DNA from: Macrostomum lignano
Taxonomy: Eukaryota
Direction: 5' to 3'
Length of the DNA: 64,000 bases
NCBI GenBank assembly: GCA_002269645.1
Contig: NIVC01002152.1
Coordinates: forward strand, 62,001 to 126,000
Shown here: positions 48,401-59,936 of the stretch, piece after piece
Position numbering within the stretch: the stretch's first letter is position 1
Layout of the letters: each line of letters opens with the position of its first letter
The notes under the pieces: generated by a model
Told to the model about the DNA's origin: nothing
What the model saw: only the letters and a program-made list of their open reading frames with translations
Database searches by the model: none
Position numbers and translations under genes: made by a program

Positions 48401-51400
48401 GGTGTTTTATGGAGTTTGAGCCAGTTGTGTTTTATGGAGTTTGAGCCAGTTGTGTTTTATGGAGTTTTAGCCAGTTGTGTTTTATGAAGTTTTAGCCAGT
48501 TGTGTTTTATGGAGTTTGAGCCAGTTGTGTTTCATGGAGTTTGAGCCAGGTGTTTTATGGAGTTTGAGCCATGTGTTTTATGGAGTTTGAGCCGGGTGTT
48601 TTATGGAGTTTGAGCCATGTGTTTTATGGAGTTTGAGCCAGGTGTTTTATGGAGTTTGAGCCAGGTGTTTTATGGAGTTTGAGCCAGGTGTTTTATGGAG
48701 TTTGAGCCAGTTGTGTTTTATGGAGTTTGGGCCAGGTGCTTCATGGAGTTTGAGCCAGTTGTGTTTTATGGAGTTTGAGCCAGTTGTGTTTTATGGAGTT
48801 TGAGCCAGGTGTTTTATGGAGTTTGAGCCAGTGCAGTTGTGTTTTATGGAGTTTGAGCCAGGTGTTTTATGGAGTTTGAGCCAGGTGTTTTATGGAGTTT
48901 GGGCCAGGTGCTTCATGGAGTATTAGCCATGTGTTTTATGGAGTTTGAGCCAGTTGTGTTTTATGGAGCTTGAGCCAGGTGTTTTATGGAGTTTGAGCCA
49001 GGTGTTTTATGGAGTTTGAGCCAGGTGTTTTATGGAGTTTGAGCCAGGTGTTTTATGGAGTTTGAGCCAGTTGTGTTTGATGGAGTTTGAGCCAGGTGTT
49101 TCATGGAGTTTGAGCCAGGTGTTTTATGGAGTTTGAGCCAGGTGTTTTATGGAGTTTGAGCCAGGTGTTTTATGGAGTTTGAGCCATGTGTTTTATGGAG
49201 TTTGAGCCAGGTGTTTTATGGAGTTTGAGCCAGTGCAGTTGTGTTTTATGGAGTTTGGGCCAGGTGCTTCATGGAGTTTGAGCCAGTTGTGTTTTATGGA
49301 GTTTGAGCCAGTTGTGTTTTATGGAGTTTGAGCCAGGTGTTTTATGGAGTTTGAGCCAGTGCAGTTGTGTTTTATGGAGTTTGAGCCAGGTGTTTTATGG
49401 AGTTTGAGCCAGGTGTTTTATGGAGTTTGGCCAGGTGCTTCATGGAGTTTAGCCATGTGTTTTATGGAGTTTGAGCCAGTTGTGTTTTATGGAGCTTGAG
49501 CCAGGTGTTTTATGGAGTTTGAGCCAGGTGTTTTATGGAGTTTGAGCCAGTTGTGTTTTATGGAGTTGAGCCAGGTGTTTTATGGAGTTTGAGCCAGGTG
49601 TTTTATGGAGTTTGAGCCAGGTGTTTTATGGAGTTTGAGCCAGGTGTTTTATGGAGTTTGAGCCAGTTGTGTTTGATGGAGTTTGAGCCAGGTGTTTTAT
49701 GGAGTTTGAGCCAGGTGTTTTATGGAGTTTGAGCCAGGTGTTTTATGGAGTTTGAGCCAGGTGTTTTATGGAGTTTGAGCCATGTGTTTTATGGAGTTTG
49801 AGCCAGGTGTTTTATGGAGTTTGAGCCAGTTGTGTTTTATGGAGTTTGAGCCAGTTGTGTTTGATGGAGTTTGAGCCAGGTGTTTTATGGAGTTTGAGCC
49901 AGGTGTTTTATGGAGTTTGGGCCAGGTGTTTTATGAAGTTTGAGCCAGGTGTTTTATGGAGTTTTAGCCAGGTGTTTTATGGAGTTTTAGCCAGGTGTTT
50001 TATGGAGTTTGAGCCAGTTGTGTTTTATGGAGTTTGAGCCATGTGTTTTATGGAGTTTGAGCCAGTGCAGTTGTGTTTTATGGAGTTTGGGCCAGGTGCT
50101 TCATGGAGTTTGAGCCAGTTGTGTTTTATGGAGTTTGAGCCAGTTGTGTTTTATGGAGTTTGAGCCAGGTGTTTTATGGAGTTTGAGCCAGTGCAGTTGT
50201 GTTTTATGGAGTTTGAGCCAGGTGTTTTACGGAGTTTGAGCCAGGTGTTTTATGGAGTTTGGCCAGGTGTTCATGGAGTATTAGCCATGTGTTTTATGGA
50301 GTTTGAGCCAGTTGTGTTTTATGGAGCTTGAGCCAGGTGTTTTATGGAGTTTGAGCCAGGTGTTTTATGGAGTTTGAGCCAGTTGTGTTTTATGGAGCTT
50401 GAGCCAGGTGTTTTATGGAGTTTGAGCCAGGTGTTTTATGGAGTTTGAGCCAGGTGTTTTATGGAGTTTGAGCCAGGTGTTTTATGGAGTTTGAGCCAGT
50501 TGTGTTTGATGGAGTTTGAGCCAGGTGTTTCATGGAGTTTGAGCCAGGTGTTTCATGGAGTTTGAGCCAGGTGTTTTATGGAGTTTGAGCCAGGTGTTTT
50601 ATGGAGTTTGAGCCAGGTGTTTTATGGAGTTTGAGCCATGTGTTTTATGGAGTTTGAGCCAGGTGTTTTATGGAGTTTGAGCCAGTTGTGTTTGATGGAG
50701 TTTGAGCCAGTTGTGTTTGATGGAGTTTGAGCCAGGTGTTTTATGGAGTTTGAGCCAGGTGTTTTATGGAGTTTGGGCCAGGTGTTTTATGAAGTTTGAG
50801 CCAGGTGTTTTATGGAGTTTTAGCCAGGTGTTTTATGGAGTTTTAGCCAGGTGTTTTATGGAGTTTGAGCCAGTTGTGTTTTATGGAGTTTGAGCCATGT
50901 GTTTTATGGAGTTTGAGCCAGGTGTTTCGTGTTTCAATTCCCAGTTTAATGATTAATGGCTTTATAACCTCTGTGAATAATAGAACCATTTGAGAGTAGT
51001 TAAAATAAAAACAAGACCACTCATACGATTAAAAACGTATGAGTATATCGGGGGTCGGCAAACCCCAGCCCGCGAAGCCTCTCTCTCTATCCGGCCCTCG
51101 GGTCCTTGGAAACTTCACAATAGCAATCCGGCCCGCTCAAAGTTTGTGTTTCTTTCTTCTCAGCTCTCTTCTCTTCTCTCCCTGTCTCTTCTCTTCCACC
51201 ATCTCGCCTCTTCCGCATATTTTCTCTCCTCTCTCAGTTTCGCATTCAAGCGCTAGATTCTTCAAGGCCTCTGAGTTAAAAAAGTTTGCCGACTACTCAT
51301 CTACATAGAAAATAGTTAACAAAGCCGAGTAGAAAAAACAAAACCAGATAGACGGAATAGAAATACGGCGCAACTGAACTAAAGAAGAGCTAATCAAGAG

Positions 51401-52920
51401 TTATTAGCCATAAAAAGAATTATAAAATAAAAAACTTTGTAAATAGTAGAGCCAGATCAAAAGTAAGGCGAAGAAAAGGAAATGAAATGATGACCCCCTA
51501 GAGTAGTCTGTCGCTGAGGTTTCTGATGTGGGCTGCTGCTAGAGTACTACATGTACAGAGGGTTGTCGCGAGAGCACTACAGTGGGTTGCCGCGCGAGTA
51601 CTATAGACTATAGTGGGTTGCCGCGAGAGTACTATAGTGGGTTGCCGCTAAAGTACTATAGTGAGTTGCCGCGAGAGTACTATAGTGGGTTGCCGCGAGA
51701 GTACTATAGTGGGTTGCCGCTAAAGTACTATAGTGGGTTGCCGCTAAAGTACTATAGTGGGTTGCCGCGAGAGTACTATAGTGGGTTGCCGCTAAAGTAC
51801 TATAGTGGGTTGCCGCGAGAGTACTATAGTGGGTTGCCGCGAGAGTACTATAGTAGGTTGCCGCTAAAGTACTATGGTGGGTTGCTGCGAGAGTACTATA
51901 GTAGGTTGCCGCTAAAGTACTATAGTGGGTTGCTGCGAGAGTACTATAGTGGGTTGCCGCGAGAGTACTATAGTAGGTTGCCGCTAAAGTACTATAGTGG
52001 GTTGCTGCGAGAGTACTATAGTGGGTTGCCGCGAGAGTACTATAGTGGGTTGCCGCGAGAGTATTACAGTAGGTTGCCACTAGAGTCCTGAGGAGGGCTG
52101 CTGCTAGAGTACCACAGTGGGCTTCGAAAAGTCAGAAACAAAGACCAGAAACAAGCAATATCTATATTTATGAAGATCCAGTAACCTTTCGTACCTGCCA
52201 GTAGCTGAACTGCTTGACTGGGTAAATACAGCAAGCTGTAGAGTGGGTCTGAAACAATTGCCACACGCGAATGTTTATGGCGAAAAATCGAAAACACGCA
52301 TATTTGATTTCAATAAGCGTGTATGTTTGACATTTAAAATTTGAAGAAAGTTAATCACATATAGTACTCAAAGATACCGAACCTGTATCTTATCCTGTCT
52401 GAACCTGTATCTTATTGTCTCAACTGGAATCCCATGCTGTCTCAACCGGAATCTCATGCTGTCTCAACTGGAATCTCACCCTGTTTTAATCTGAATCTCA
52501 TCTTGTCTCAACCTGTGTCTCATCCTGTCTCAACCAGAATCTCATCCTGTTACAATCGGAATCTCATCCTGTCTCAACCTATATTTCATCCTGTCTCAAC
52601 TCATTTCTCATCCTGTCTCAGCTTGTATCTCACCTTGCCTTAATCTGAATCTCATCTTGCCTTAAAAACAAATTTCAGCTCGAGTCTTAGAAACAACAAA
52701 TCACACTGAAAAGCAGCCAAGTGCATAAAATACAAGTTTTGAAACTGAAGCGCAGCTCACCATGCCTAGGAATTGGGTACTGGGCCTCACGAATAGCAGC
52801 GGCCACCCCAGCACCCTCCCGCTCTTGGCTCCGATCTCGGCCAGTTTGCTGCTGCCGATTGGCCACCAGCCGCTGCTTCTCTTGCACAATGAATGAATCA
52901 ATTTCAGTGGCAGCAGCCAT
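27441..52920 (-). CDS. CSPP1: Centrosome and spindle pole-associated protein 1 orthologue, 9 exons, ~1298 aa
   Basis: Exons 52920-52761, 35709-34933, ~34200-33927, 33115-32814, 32506-32129, 31601-31025, 30060-29656, 28865-28370 and 27968-27441 join in frame. Recognised motifs: IDSFIVQEKQRL (N-term), ERNREYNEFLRGK, YDPWGRGGGGAPLKD, QQRRIQAELDAEKRK, SPPVPS, LARLRNQLRSE, DVFDMARDR, ALEAQQAALLREQ, NEARLRRL, DPDEVL. The exon-3 acceptor is ambiguous (34203 vs 34200). Small extra exons in the 17-kb intron 1 cannot be excluded. Confidence 0.88.
28075..28305. repeat. Degenerate ~20-bp repeat in CSPP1 intron 8
   Basis: Recurrent CCAGGTGAGACCTAAATATC. Confidence 0.75.
28885..29661. repeat. 19/20-bp minisatellite filling CSPP1 intron 7
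   Basis: Sense-strand unit GTGGGTGCGGGGATGGACAG, starting exactly at the donor site. Confidence 0.95.
30140..30935. repeat. 31/32-bp minisatellite in CSPP1 intron 6
   Basis: Unit GATGGGACACCGCTGCCCACCACTGTCCTTG. Confidence 0.95.
31655..32025. repeat. 26-bp minisatellite in CSPP1 intron 5
   Basis: Unit GGCGCCAAACTGAGGAAGTCAAGAGA. Confidence 0.95.
32518..32775. repeat. 31-bp minisatellite in CSPP1 intron 4
   Basis: Unit GAGGCAGTGAGCGGATGAAGGGGCGGGTGAG. Confidence 0.95.
33145..33830. repeat. 18-bp minisatellite in CSPP1 intron 3
   Basis: Unit CACAGACACTGGGATTCC and variants. Confidence 0.95.
34375..34900. repeat. 21-bp minisatellite in CSPP1 intron 2
   Basis: Unit GACAATAGAATCAGTGGGGTG. Confidence 0.93.
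36050..36356 (-). mobile_element. hAT-type MITE end plus GA-rich tract (copy 1)
   Basis: Minus strand reads CAGGGGTTGGCAAACTACGG...GAAACTTCCCAATAGCAATCCGGCCCGCTCAAGGTTTG, then a CT-rich tract; CAGGGG(T/C)-GGCAAAC is a typical hAT terminus. Confidence 0.55.
36853..50927. repeat. ~14-kb satellite array of 23/25-bp monomers inside CSPP1 intron 1
   Basis: Monomers GTGTTTTATGGAGTTTGAGCCAG (23 bp) and TTGTGTTTTATGGAGTTTGAGCCAG (25 bp) with variant-defined higher-order blocks. Confidence 0.98.
51049..51240 (+). mobile_element. hAT-type MITE end plus CT-rich tract (copy 2, inverted relative to copy 1)
   Basis: CGGGGGTCGGCAAAC...GAAACTTCACAATAGCAATCCGGCCCGCTCAAAGTTTG, then a CT-rich tract. Confidence 0.55.
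51560..52085. repeat. 24-bp minisatellite in CSPP1 intron 1
   Basis: Unit GTTGCCGCGAGAGTACTATAGTGG. Confidence 0.95.
52400..52665. repeat. Degenerate ~19-20-bp repeat near the CSPP1 exon-1 donor
   Basis: Recurrent ATCTCATCCTGTCTCAACC. Confidence 0.75.
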
Positions 52921-53481
52921 TTTGGCATCCAATTTAAGTGTAATACACTTTTACTTAGCCTAGGGAAGCTCTTAGCTGATGGCAGTCAACAGCCACTGCC
53001 CAGTTGCATGAATCAAACATGTTCAAACAATAAAAGAGAAACTTTCCCATATAAGCAAACTATAATTTTCTAGACCTCAAGATCCTAATGTTGATGACAT
53101 TATGTTTTAAGCAAATAAGCTTAGTATTTTTTGTTTATAACTTTGTTAATTCTAACAAATATTCTCTACTGGTAAGGCTGTTCCTTAGATTTTAAAAAGC
53201 TAACCAATAGATATTAATTACAAATTTTGTTAAATTCATTTAAATAAATAAAAATAAATAAAAATCTTGTACAACTGAAATAGAATAATCTCTAATAATT
53301 TTAGATTTGAATTTTATAATTATTAATAATTTAAAGTAAACTATTATATATGCTTCAATGTTTAGCAACTCAATATAAAATAGAATACAATCATTAAATT
53401 GAAATGGGATTTCATATAGATTTTAAATATCTTAGATCATAGCATGAATTTATCTTGATTATTATGCTTACAACCAAACTA

Positions 53482-54465
53482 TGAGGGGTGTTGCAAAAGT
53501 TTCTAGACTAGTGTTTGCTAAAGCACAATTCTTATCAGATTTAGATAAGCTTTCATCCATAAACTATTTGGTTATTAATAAGAGCCAGGCTAAAATTTTG
53601 CATGACTAGGACAAACACAGCCTACATTAGAGCCAAGTTAAGCCTGAGGGTCTATGTTATTTCATACAATTTCACTTGGAGAATGAGCCAGCCAAAAAAC
53701 CAACCAGATTTTGGTTCAAAAGAAAGTCAACGTCACTTCATTATGGCATGTCAACACATGGGTAAGACACCAATGCAGACTTTTAATGAAGTTTGTACTG
53801 CTTTTGGTGATCATGCGTTGGGTTGCACACAAGTGTTTGCCCACCATTGACTTGCTACTAATGGTCAAATAAGCGTCGTTGATGCTGATTGCTCTGGCTA
53901 TCTATGTTCCAGCACAGATGACAACAATGCGGCTGCCATGCTCCAATATTTGGAGGCAAATCTATCTACAGCCCTGACCTCGCAATTGCCAACTTCTGTC
54001 TTTTCCGTCCAATGAAGTTGCCAATGCGTGGGAAAGTTTTCACGACATATCAGGTCATTGACGCCGCTAACGCATTGCTGCACTAGCTAGACTCCAGCTT
54101 CTAGAAGGCTGGGTTTGACAATCTGATCAAATGCTATCAGAAGTATATAGCATTTAACAGTGAAAATGTGGAACGCAACAGTGCTAGGCCAGACAGAAAA
54201 AACAACATCAGTGACAGTGATAGTGATTGGTAGGGATGGATGGCAGCTGGAACTTTAGTACAGTGATTTATGGTGAAGGGACACTGATTGATTGCAACAT
54301 GTTTTAAATTGTTGCTTTTTGTTCCACTTAACACTATTAAAACATAATAATATGTTACCTTACTATTTTTGACTGTTTTAGAATATTACCTAGAAATTTC
54401 CCTTGTTATCAGTGTTGAGAAATTTGCCTACAGGAAATCTAGAAACTTTTGCAACACTGCTTGCA
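53482..54465 (+). mobile_element. Decayed, internally deleted Tc1/mariner transposon
   Basis: TIR core GTGTTGCAAAAGTTTCTAGA at both ends, TA flanks, start TGAGGGGTG (mariner-type). Relic N-terminal HTH QRHFIMACQHMGKTPMQTFNEVCTAFGDHALGCTQVF and relic C-terminus ...AGFDNLIKCYQKYIAFNSENVE, with stops. Confidence 0.8.
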
Positions 54466-55676
54466 TATTATAATATTTGAAATTTTATATTATATTTTAA
54501 AGATGATCAGGCAAGATAAAACAAAATTTTCTGAATGATCTATTAGAACTAATGAAATTATCTAAAGATTGAGTTTTAGGTTAGTTATATAACTTAGTTA
54601 TATTAGTTAGTTCTGAGCTATCAGTTATTGGCAATGTAAATTATCTTAGATGGCTAGAAATCTTTGTAATAAAACAAATTTAAGTAAAAACCTATCAAAT
54701 GTTGCATAATATTTTATTGAATTTAACTTAAATCTAAGACATTATATTAAATGAAAATAATAAATTTTCTGATGGAGATATTTATCTAGTTATAAGTTAA
54801 TTGCCTTTGATTTTTGAATCACAATTTAGCAATAAACATATGGACAAATAACTAACTAAATAATGAATAATGAATGAAAAATGAATGAAAAATGAATGAA
54901 TAATGAAATAAGATGCTAAAAAAATAGAAAACATGATCGATAAACTCTAACCATATTAAGAAATTAATTTTCTGTTTGATTTATGAAGGCATCTTTATGT
55001 AATGTAACTCACATTACATAGTTACATTAATGTTACTCTAATGTAACTCAGCAGTCAGCACATATTTCGCTCTGATAGTCCGACCTTTTATCTGACTAAA
55101 GATTAAGCAAGGGAGAAGAACGGACAAGGGTTGCATTAAAATATTTTAAGTAGCATACATAATCTGTATAAAAAACTCGATATTCAGTTGAAACAGTTTT
55201 GCATCAAATTAAATCTGCTGTTGTGAAACGTTTAAATTTTATAATAAAAACAATCGAATTTAAATTTTACAATACACAGTTAACAAGAAACGTATGACAA
55301 TAACTCCTATGTCATACAAAAGGCAATATTTTTATTTTTTTATGTTTATAATATTGCCTAAATGACTTCTTTTTGTTTTAACTTAAAAACAAAAAACTAA
55401 GTATTTTTTAAAACTGCTATTTTCTTTATTTTATGCATCACACTAAAAAGCCTTCACGTCCCGTCCCTTGCTGCAGCTGATAAGACTAAGAGCAAAAGGT
55501 CCCCCCGAAAAAGATAGATTAGTTGATTGAAATACGACTGGTGTAAATCTAACATTCTAAACGCTCAATGGTTGAATTTTTAATATTATCGTGATAAATC
55601 TGCTTAGTTAGGGTTTCACTTTCATTTGCTTTGTGTTTCAATTATATATTACTGAAGTTGAAGTACAATTACTAAA

Positions 55677-55845
55677 ATGGCTGACATGCCTTTTAAGTGG
55701 AAAAAGGTCGCACACACATCATCTGGTAACATTCCACTGCCTAGACCACGGCATGGTCACAAAGCTGTGTCAATTAAGGACCTTATTATAATATTTGGAG
55801 GTGGAAATGAAGGAATCATTGATGACCTTCACGTTTTTAACACAA
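55677..55845 (+). CDS. HCFC1: Host cell factor (kelch/beta-propeller), first coding exon; rest of gene beyond the window or not found
   Basis: [56 protein letters not shown]|, donor A|GTGAGT; matches the HCF signature [35 protein letters not shown]. The exon is too short for the ORF track. Confidence 0.92.
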
Positions 55846-56289
55846 GTGAGTAGTTTTATTTTTTCATGACATTTAAATTTTGTTTTTTCCTATCATGTAA
55901 CGACTTGATGAGATTGAATGACTTTGAATTATTTGAATGAAAATAAAATACTGTTATTTTTTTCATTAATGTTAGCCTATCATATGACTTATCTGATTTT
56001 TAATATTATGTATGTAGTAAACAAGAATAAATGATAATTTAGTTTTGAGGCCATTGGCATTAGGCATAATTCAATTTTACCCAATTTAAACCAAACTTTA
56101 ATTTTTATAGTGGATTGAAAGCCTTAATCCCAAATGTTATATATATGCCAAAAAATTCTAACTTAAGCCTAGTCTGTTTGACTATAGTTCATAGTACAAC
56201 ATATTTTAGAAAATGTCTCTTTCATTATAGCATATCCAATATATGCCACTTTTGCATTGCAAAAATATAGTAATAGTAGTAGGCCTAAT

Positions 56290-56977
56290 CCATAGTCAGG
56301 AAGGTGGCAAGTGCACGCGGGAATCAATTTATGGAAAAATCCTTGGTGCACGCCAATGTACACCAATTTTTTAAAACCCTTAACATGACGTTTCTGTTGC
56401 ACGCCAAAAATCTTGAATACCAAAAAACATGTACACCTCATGTACGTGTGATTTGAATATTAACTGTATTAGATACTATTTTTAAATAAATTTTCTATTT
56501 ACGTTAAACAAAGTTTATATAAAAAAGGAAATTTGCTACAAAGAACATAGTGAGTATCAAAAACTTTTTCTTCACATTTCAAGAAACAAATAAACTAAAA
56601 GTCTACAATAGTCACAAAATAAGAGCGTTAAAAAGTTATTGGATATTTTAATTTTAATGTAGGCTGTAGAGTGTCGGCTTGGCTGTAGGCTAGGCTGTAG
56701 CCTCAACTAGTTGGTTTAATCAATATTCAAATTCAATTGTTCACGTTTAACTTTTTATATTGTATATATATAGTGTATATATCTATATCTGACTTGTTGA
56801 TATACTGTCAGTTTGTAATTGCACGCCAAGGTTATACGCCAAGTAAAAAACTTGTACGCTGAAAATTTAGGCGTGGCTTGAGACCCCTATTTGCACGCCA
56901 ACTTTGCATGCCAAAATTTTAGCATGGCTTGTGCACGCGGGAAAATTCCTGCGTGCAGGCCACCTTCCTGAGTATGG
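56290..56977. mobile_element. MITE with 8-bp TSD (hAT-like)
   Basis: TIR CCATAGTCAGGAAGGTGGC / GCCACCTTCCTGAGTATGG; TSD GGCCTAAT at 56282-56289 and 56978-56985; repeated subterminal TGCACGCC motifs. Confidence 0.85.
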
Positions 56978-57855
56978 GGCCTAATAAGTTTAGCTTAGGC
57001 AAAAAAGCCTATTTAGCCTATTGTAGTTTAGAAGGTAATATGTATGCCAGGGTTTTCTAGCGTACAATAAGGGCATTTGCCTTTTTTTGGTAATGGCTAG
57101 AGTTCCAACATTGGAACCCATTTTTTAATGGCTATGGATCTAATAGTCTTCTGCAAGCAGTTATTTACTAATGAAGTATTTGAATATTAGAAGTATATTG
57201 TTTTGAATCTTATGATTTTGTTTTAATAAGTATGAGTTTTGTTAAAATTATATGGCGAAATCCAAAAACGTGGGATAAAATGGTAAAACAAATCTGCGGA
57301 CATTCGATGGAAAGTAATGTATCTAAAAAAAGTTTTTGAAAGATAAATAGGTCTTTAGAAAATAGTTTTGGATAAAACTATTGTTTTCATGCCTTATATT
57401 GTTGAATAAATAAGAAAAAACCACAAAAAAGCATTTTGAAAGTCCGAGTTGACCAATTTGCAATTTTTTATTTCACTTTTTTCATTATTAAACAATTAAT
57501 TTTAAGACTTGTAGGCCTTAGAGAAGGCTAATTTTTTTACTACTTACAAAACAGAAAGTAATCTGTGTTTTACTTTTTATTCAATTCAAAAAGATGAAGT
57601 ATTTCTAAGGATTTCAAAGTTTTTCTAAAACTATATAAACTCGCAAAAATTCATACTAATATAAAGTGCAAAGTTTGCCAGCAAACATCTTATTCTAAAA
57701 ATAAATATATCGCTAATTCCTTGTTGCAAAATAATCTTTAAGTTGTTTTCTTTCATTTAAATATCAACTTGCATAGTATTAGTATTTGTAATATGCCTAT
57801 ATTTAGACTTCAAAAATTTGGGCAAAAAATGGTACCACAAAATGTGAACCCGCAT

Positions 57856-58370
57856 CCAAATCAGATGCTTACTGTATGCTCATTAAGCGACAAAGAACAA
57901 TAAAATTACACTAAAACATGTATCATCGCGGCGTGTATGCAGGAAAAAAAGAATTTTCCAAATCGCTTTAGTAGAAGCTGAGTAAAATGCAATTTTCCAA
58001 TCCTTATGGGAATTCCAATGTGTTACCCGGCTTCCAAATCAGATGCTTACTGTATGCTCATTAAGCGACGAAGAACAATGAAATTATACTAAAACATGTA
58101 TCATCGCGGTGTGTATGCAGGAAAAAAAGAATTTTCCTTATCGCTTTAGTAGAAGCTGAGTAAAATGCAATTTTCCAATCCTTATGGGAATTCCAATGTG
58201 TTACCCGGCTTCCAAATCAGATGCTTACTGTATGCTCATTAAGCAACAAAGAACAATGAAATTACACTAAAACATGTATCATCGCGGCATGTATGCAGGA
58301 AAAAAAGAATTTTTCCCAATCGCTTTAGGAGAAGCTGAGTAAAATGCAATTTTCCGATTCTTACAGGAAT
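57856..58370. repeat. 178-bp tandem repeat, ~2.9 copies
   Basis: CCAAATCAGATGCTTAC starts at 57856, 58034 and 58212. Confidence 0.92.
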
Positions 58371-59936
58371 TTGTATGTTTAAATAATAAACTTACGTTGA
58401 ATACAATTTATTGCAAACAAACTCTACAAAATACACGTCAAGAGTAACGAAAGTGATAAACAAATAAACCCTTGAAAATAATGTTAAATATGTTGTAGAA
58501 TTATAGAGTGTAACATTATAAGATAGTTAAAGTTAATAAAATACATTATTATAGCTTTTCTAGCATTTTCATTTGACTCATTTTAGGTTGTAATTAAACT
58601 TACCATTTTAACAAATCATTTTATTAAAAATAAAGCTATACGAAAATAATTTCTGCTTTAATAGACTTTTTTACCTTTTAAAAACTTGAATAAATTTATT
58701 TTATAGCTTTTTTGCTTTCAAATTGCCAAAACACAAATTTTCATAAAACTTGCCCCCAATTTTTGGATTCACCATATATAGTATTTGAAAGAGTAGCTAA
58801 ACAATTCTCTATGAATCTTCAAAATAAATTTAATAGCTAATAAAACAAAAAGTATTTAAATAAGGAATTATAAAACAGGTATTATATGAACTTTATAGAG
58901 AGCAATTTTCCAATAAGTGATTAAAAAAGAAATATATAAGTATTCACTGAATATCAAATATTGAATATATAGATAGCTGGCAATATTATATTACTATATA
59001 TTAGGCATTTAAAAATGAAAGATAATTTTTTATAAAATGAAACAACCAAAATAAATAAGACATTTTTTAAACATAAATTTAGATAGACATTCATTGTTAA
59101 CTAAATTTTAACTATAATTTAGGGTTTAATTTTTTTACCTTTGTTTTTTAAAAAAACTCTGAAGTGTGCACTTTATAGAATTGAGTCATTGTGAAGTAGA
59201 AAAAAAAGTTAATTTTTAAGCAGAAGTTTTCTGTTTTTTCAAGCTTGTGAAGAAGCATTTAAACAAATCTTTGTGTGTATCAATTTTCTAGTATAAATAG
59301 TATCACAAAAAAGCACAAAAATCAACTAAGTTATCTTCTAATAAGGGTCTATTACACAATTTAAATAAATGTCATCTATTATTATAATGTAAAAAATGGC
59401 ATGCATTTGTAATTATTAATTTTTTTGGACATGCGCCCAGCTAATGTATTAAAAATCTATTTAAGCTCAAGGTAGTATACCAAAGTAATATGCCAAAATA
59501 ATTGAACTATCCACTGTGTGGCATATAGTGGACCTAAAATATGCTTGGCATATAATACCTGACATTAGTGTTCCACAATAAAGGGGGTCCATGTGCTATA
59601 GCCATAAGCAAAATTATGGCTTATTCCAATTTTCTATATTCCTTAGCTATAGAGATCCCAATATTACCATATTCGTATAGTTCCTATAGCCATAGCTTCA
59701 GTTTTAATAAAAAGCCCAGGAAACAAAACATTTTGAGTCAAGAAGATAACTTAGTGCTTAAACAACTGCAAAAAAGGTAGAAAATCAAACAAACACTTGA
59801 TTGCCTTTGTAAGATTATATTTCATCAGTTTTATAAAGCGTAACAATACTTAATCTCTACTAAAGTACTAATGCTAAACTTTTTCATATTAATAAAAGTT
59901 ATAATTTGCTAGTGTTCTATTGTACTTTATTAGATA

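Noticed and set aside
4021-52091. Dozens of long ORFs with periodic peptides (e.g. 7771, 11559, 15876, 28627-30002, 30125-30975, 33054, 36953-50893, 51582)
   Set aside because: They are translations of tandem repeats, open in several frames and both strands, and lie in introns or UTRs of real genes.
52190-52220. Possible 23-nt micro-exon of CSPP1 (CCCAG|TCAAGCAGTTCAGCTACTGGCAG|GTACG)
   Set aside because: It would change the phase and break the frame with exon 2 unless another unseen exon compensates.
52921-52932. TTG start of ORF 52687-52932 (and TTG/GTG starts of other ORFs)
   Set aside because: Prokaryote-style start calls; the eukaryotic ATG at 52920 gives an N-terminus matching CSPP1.
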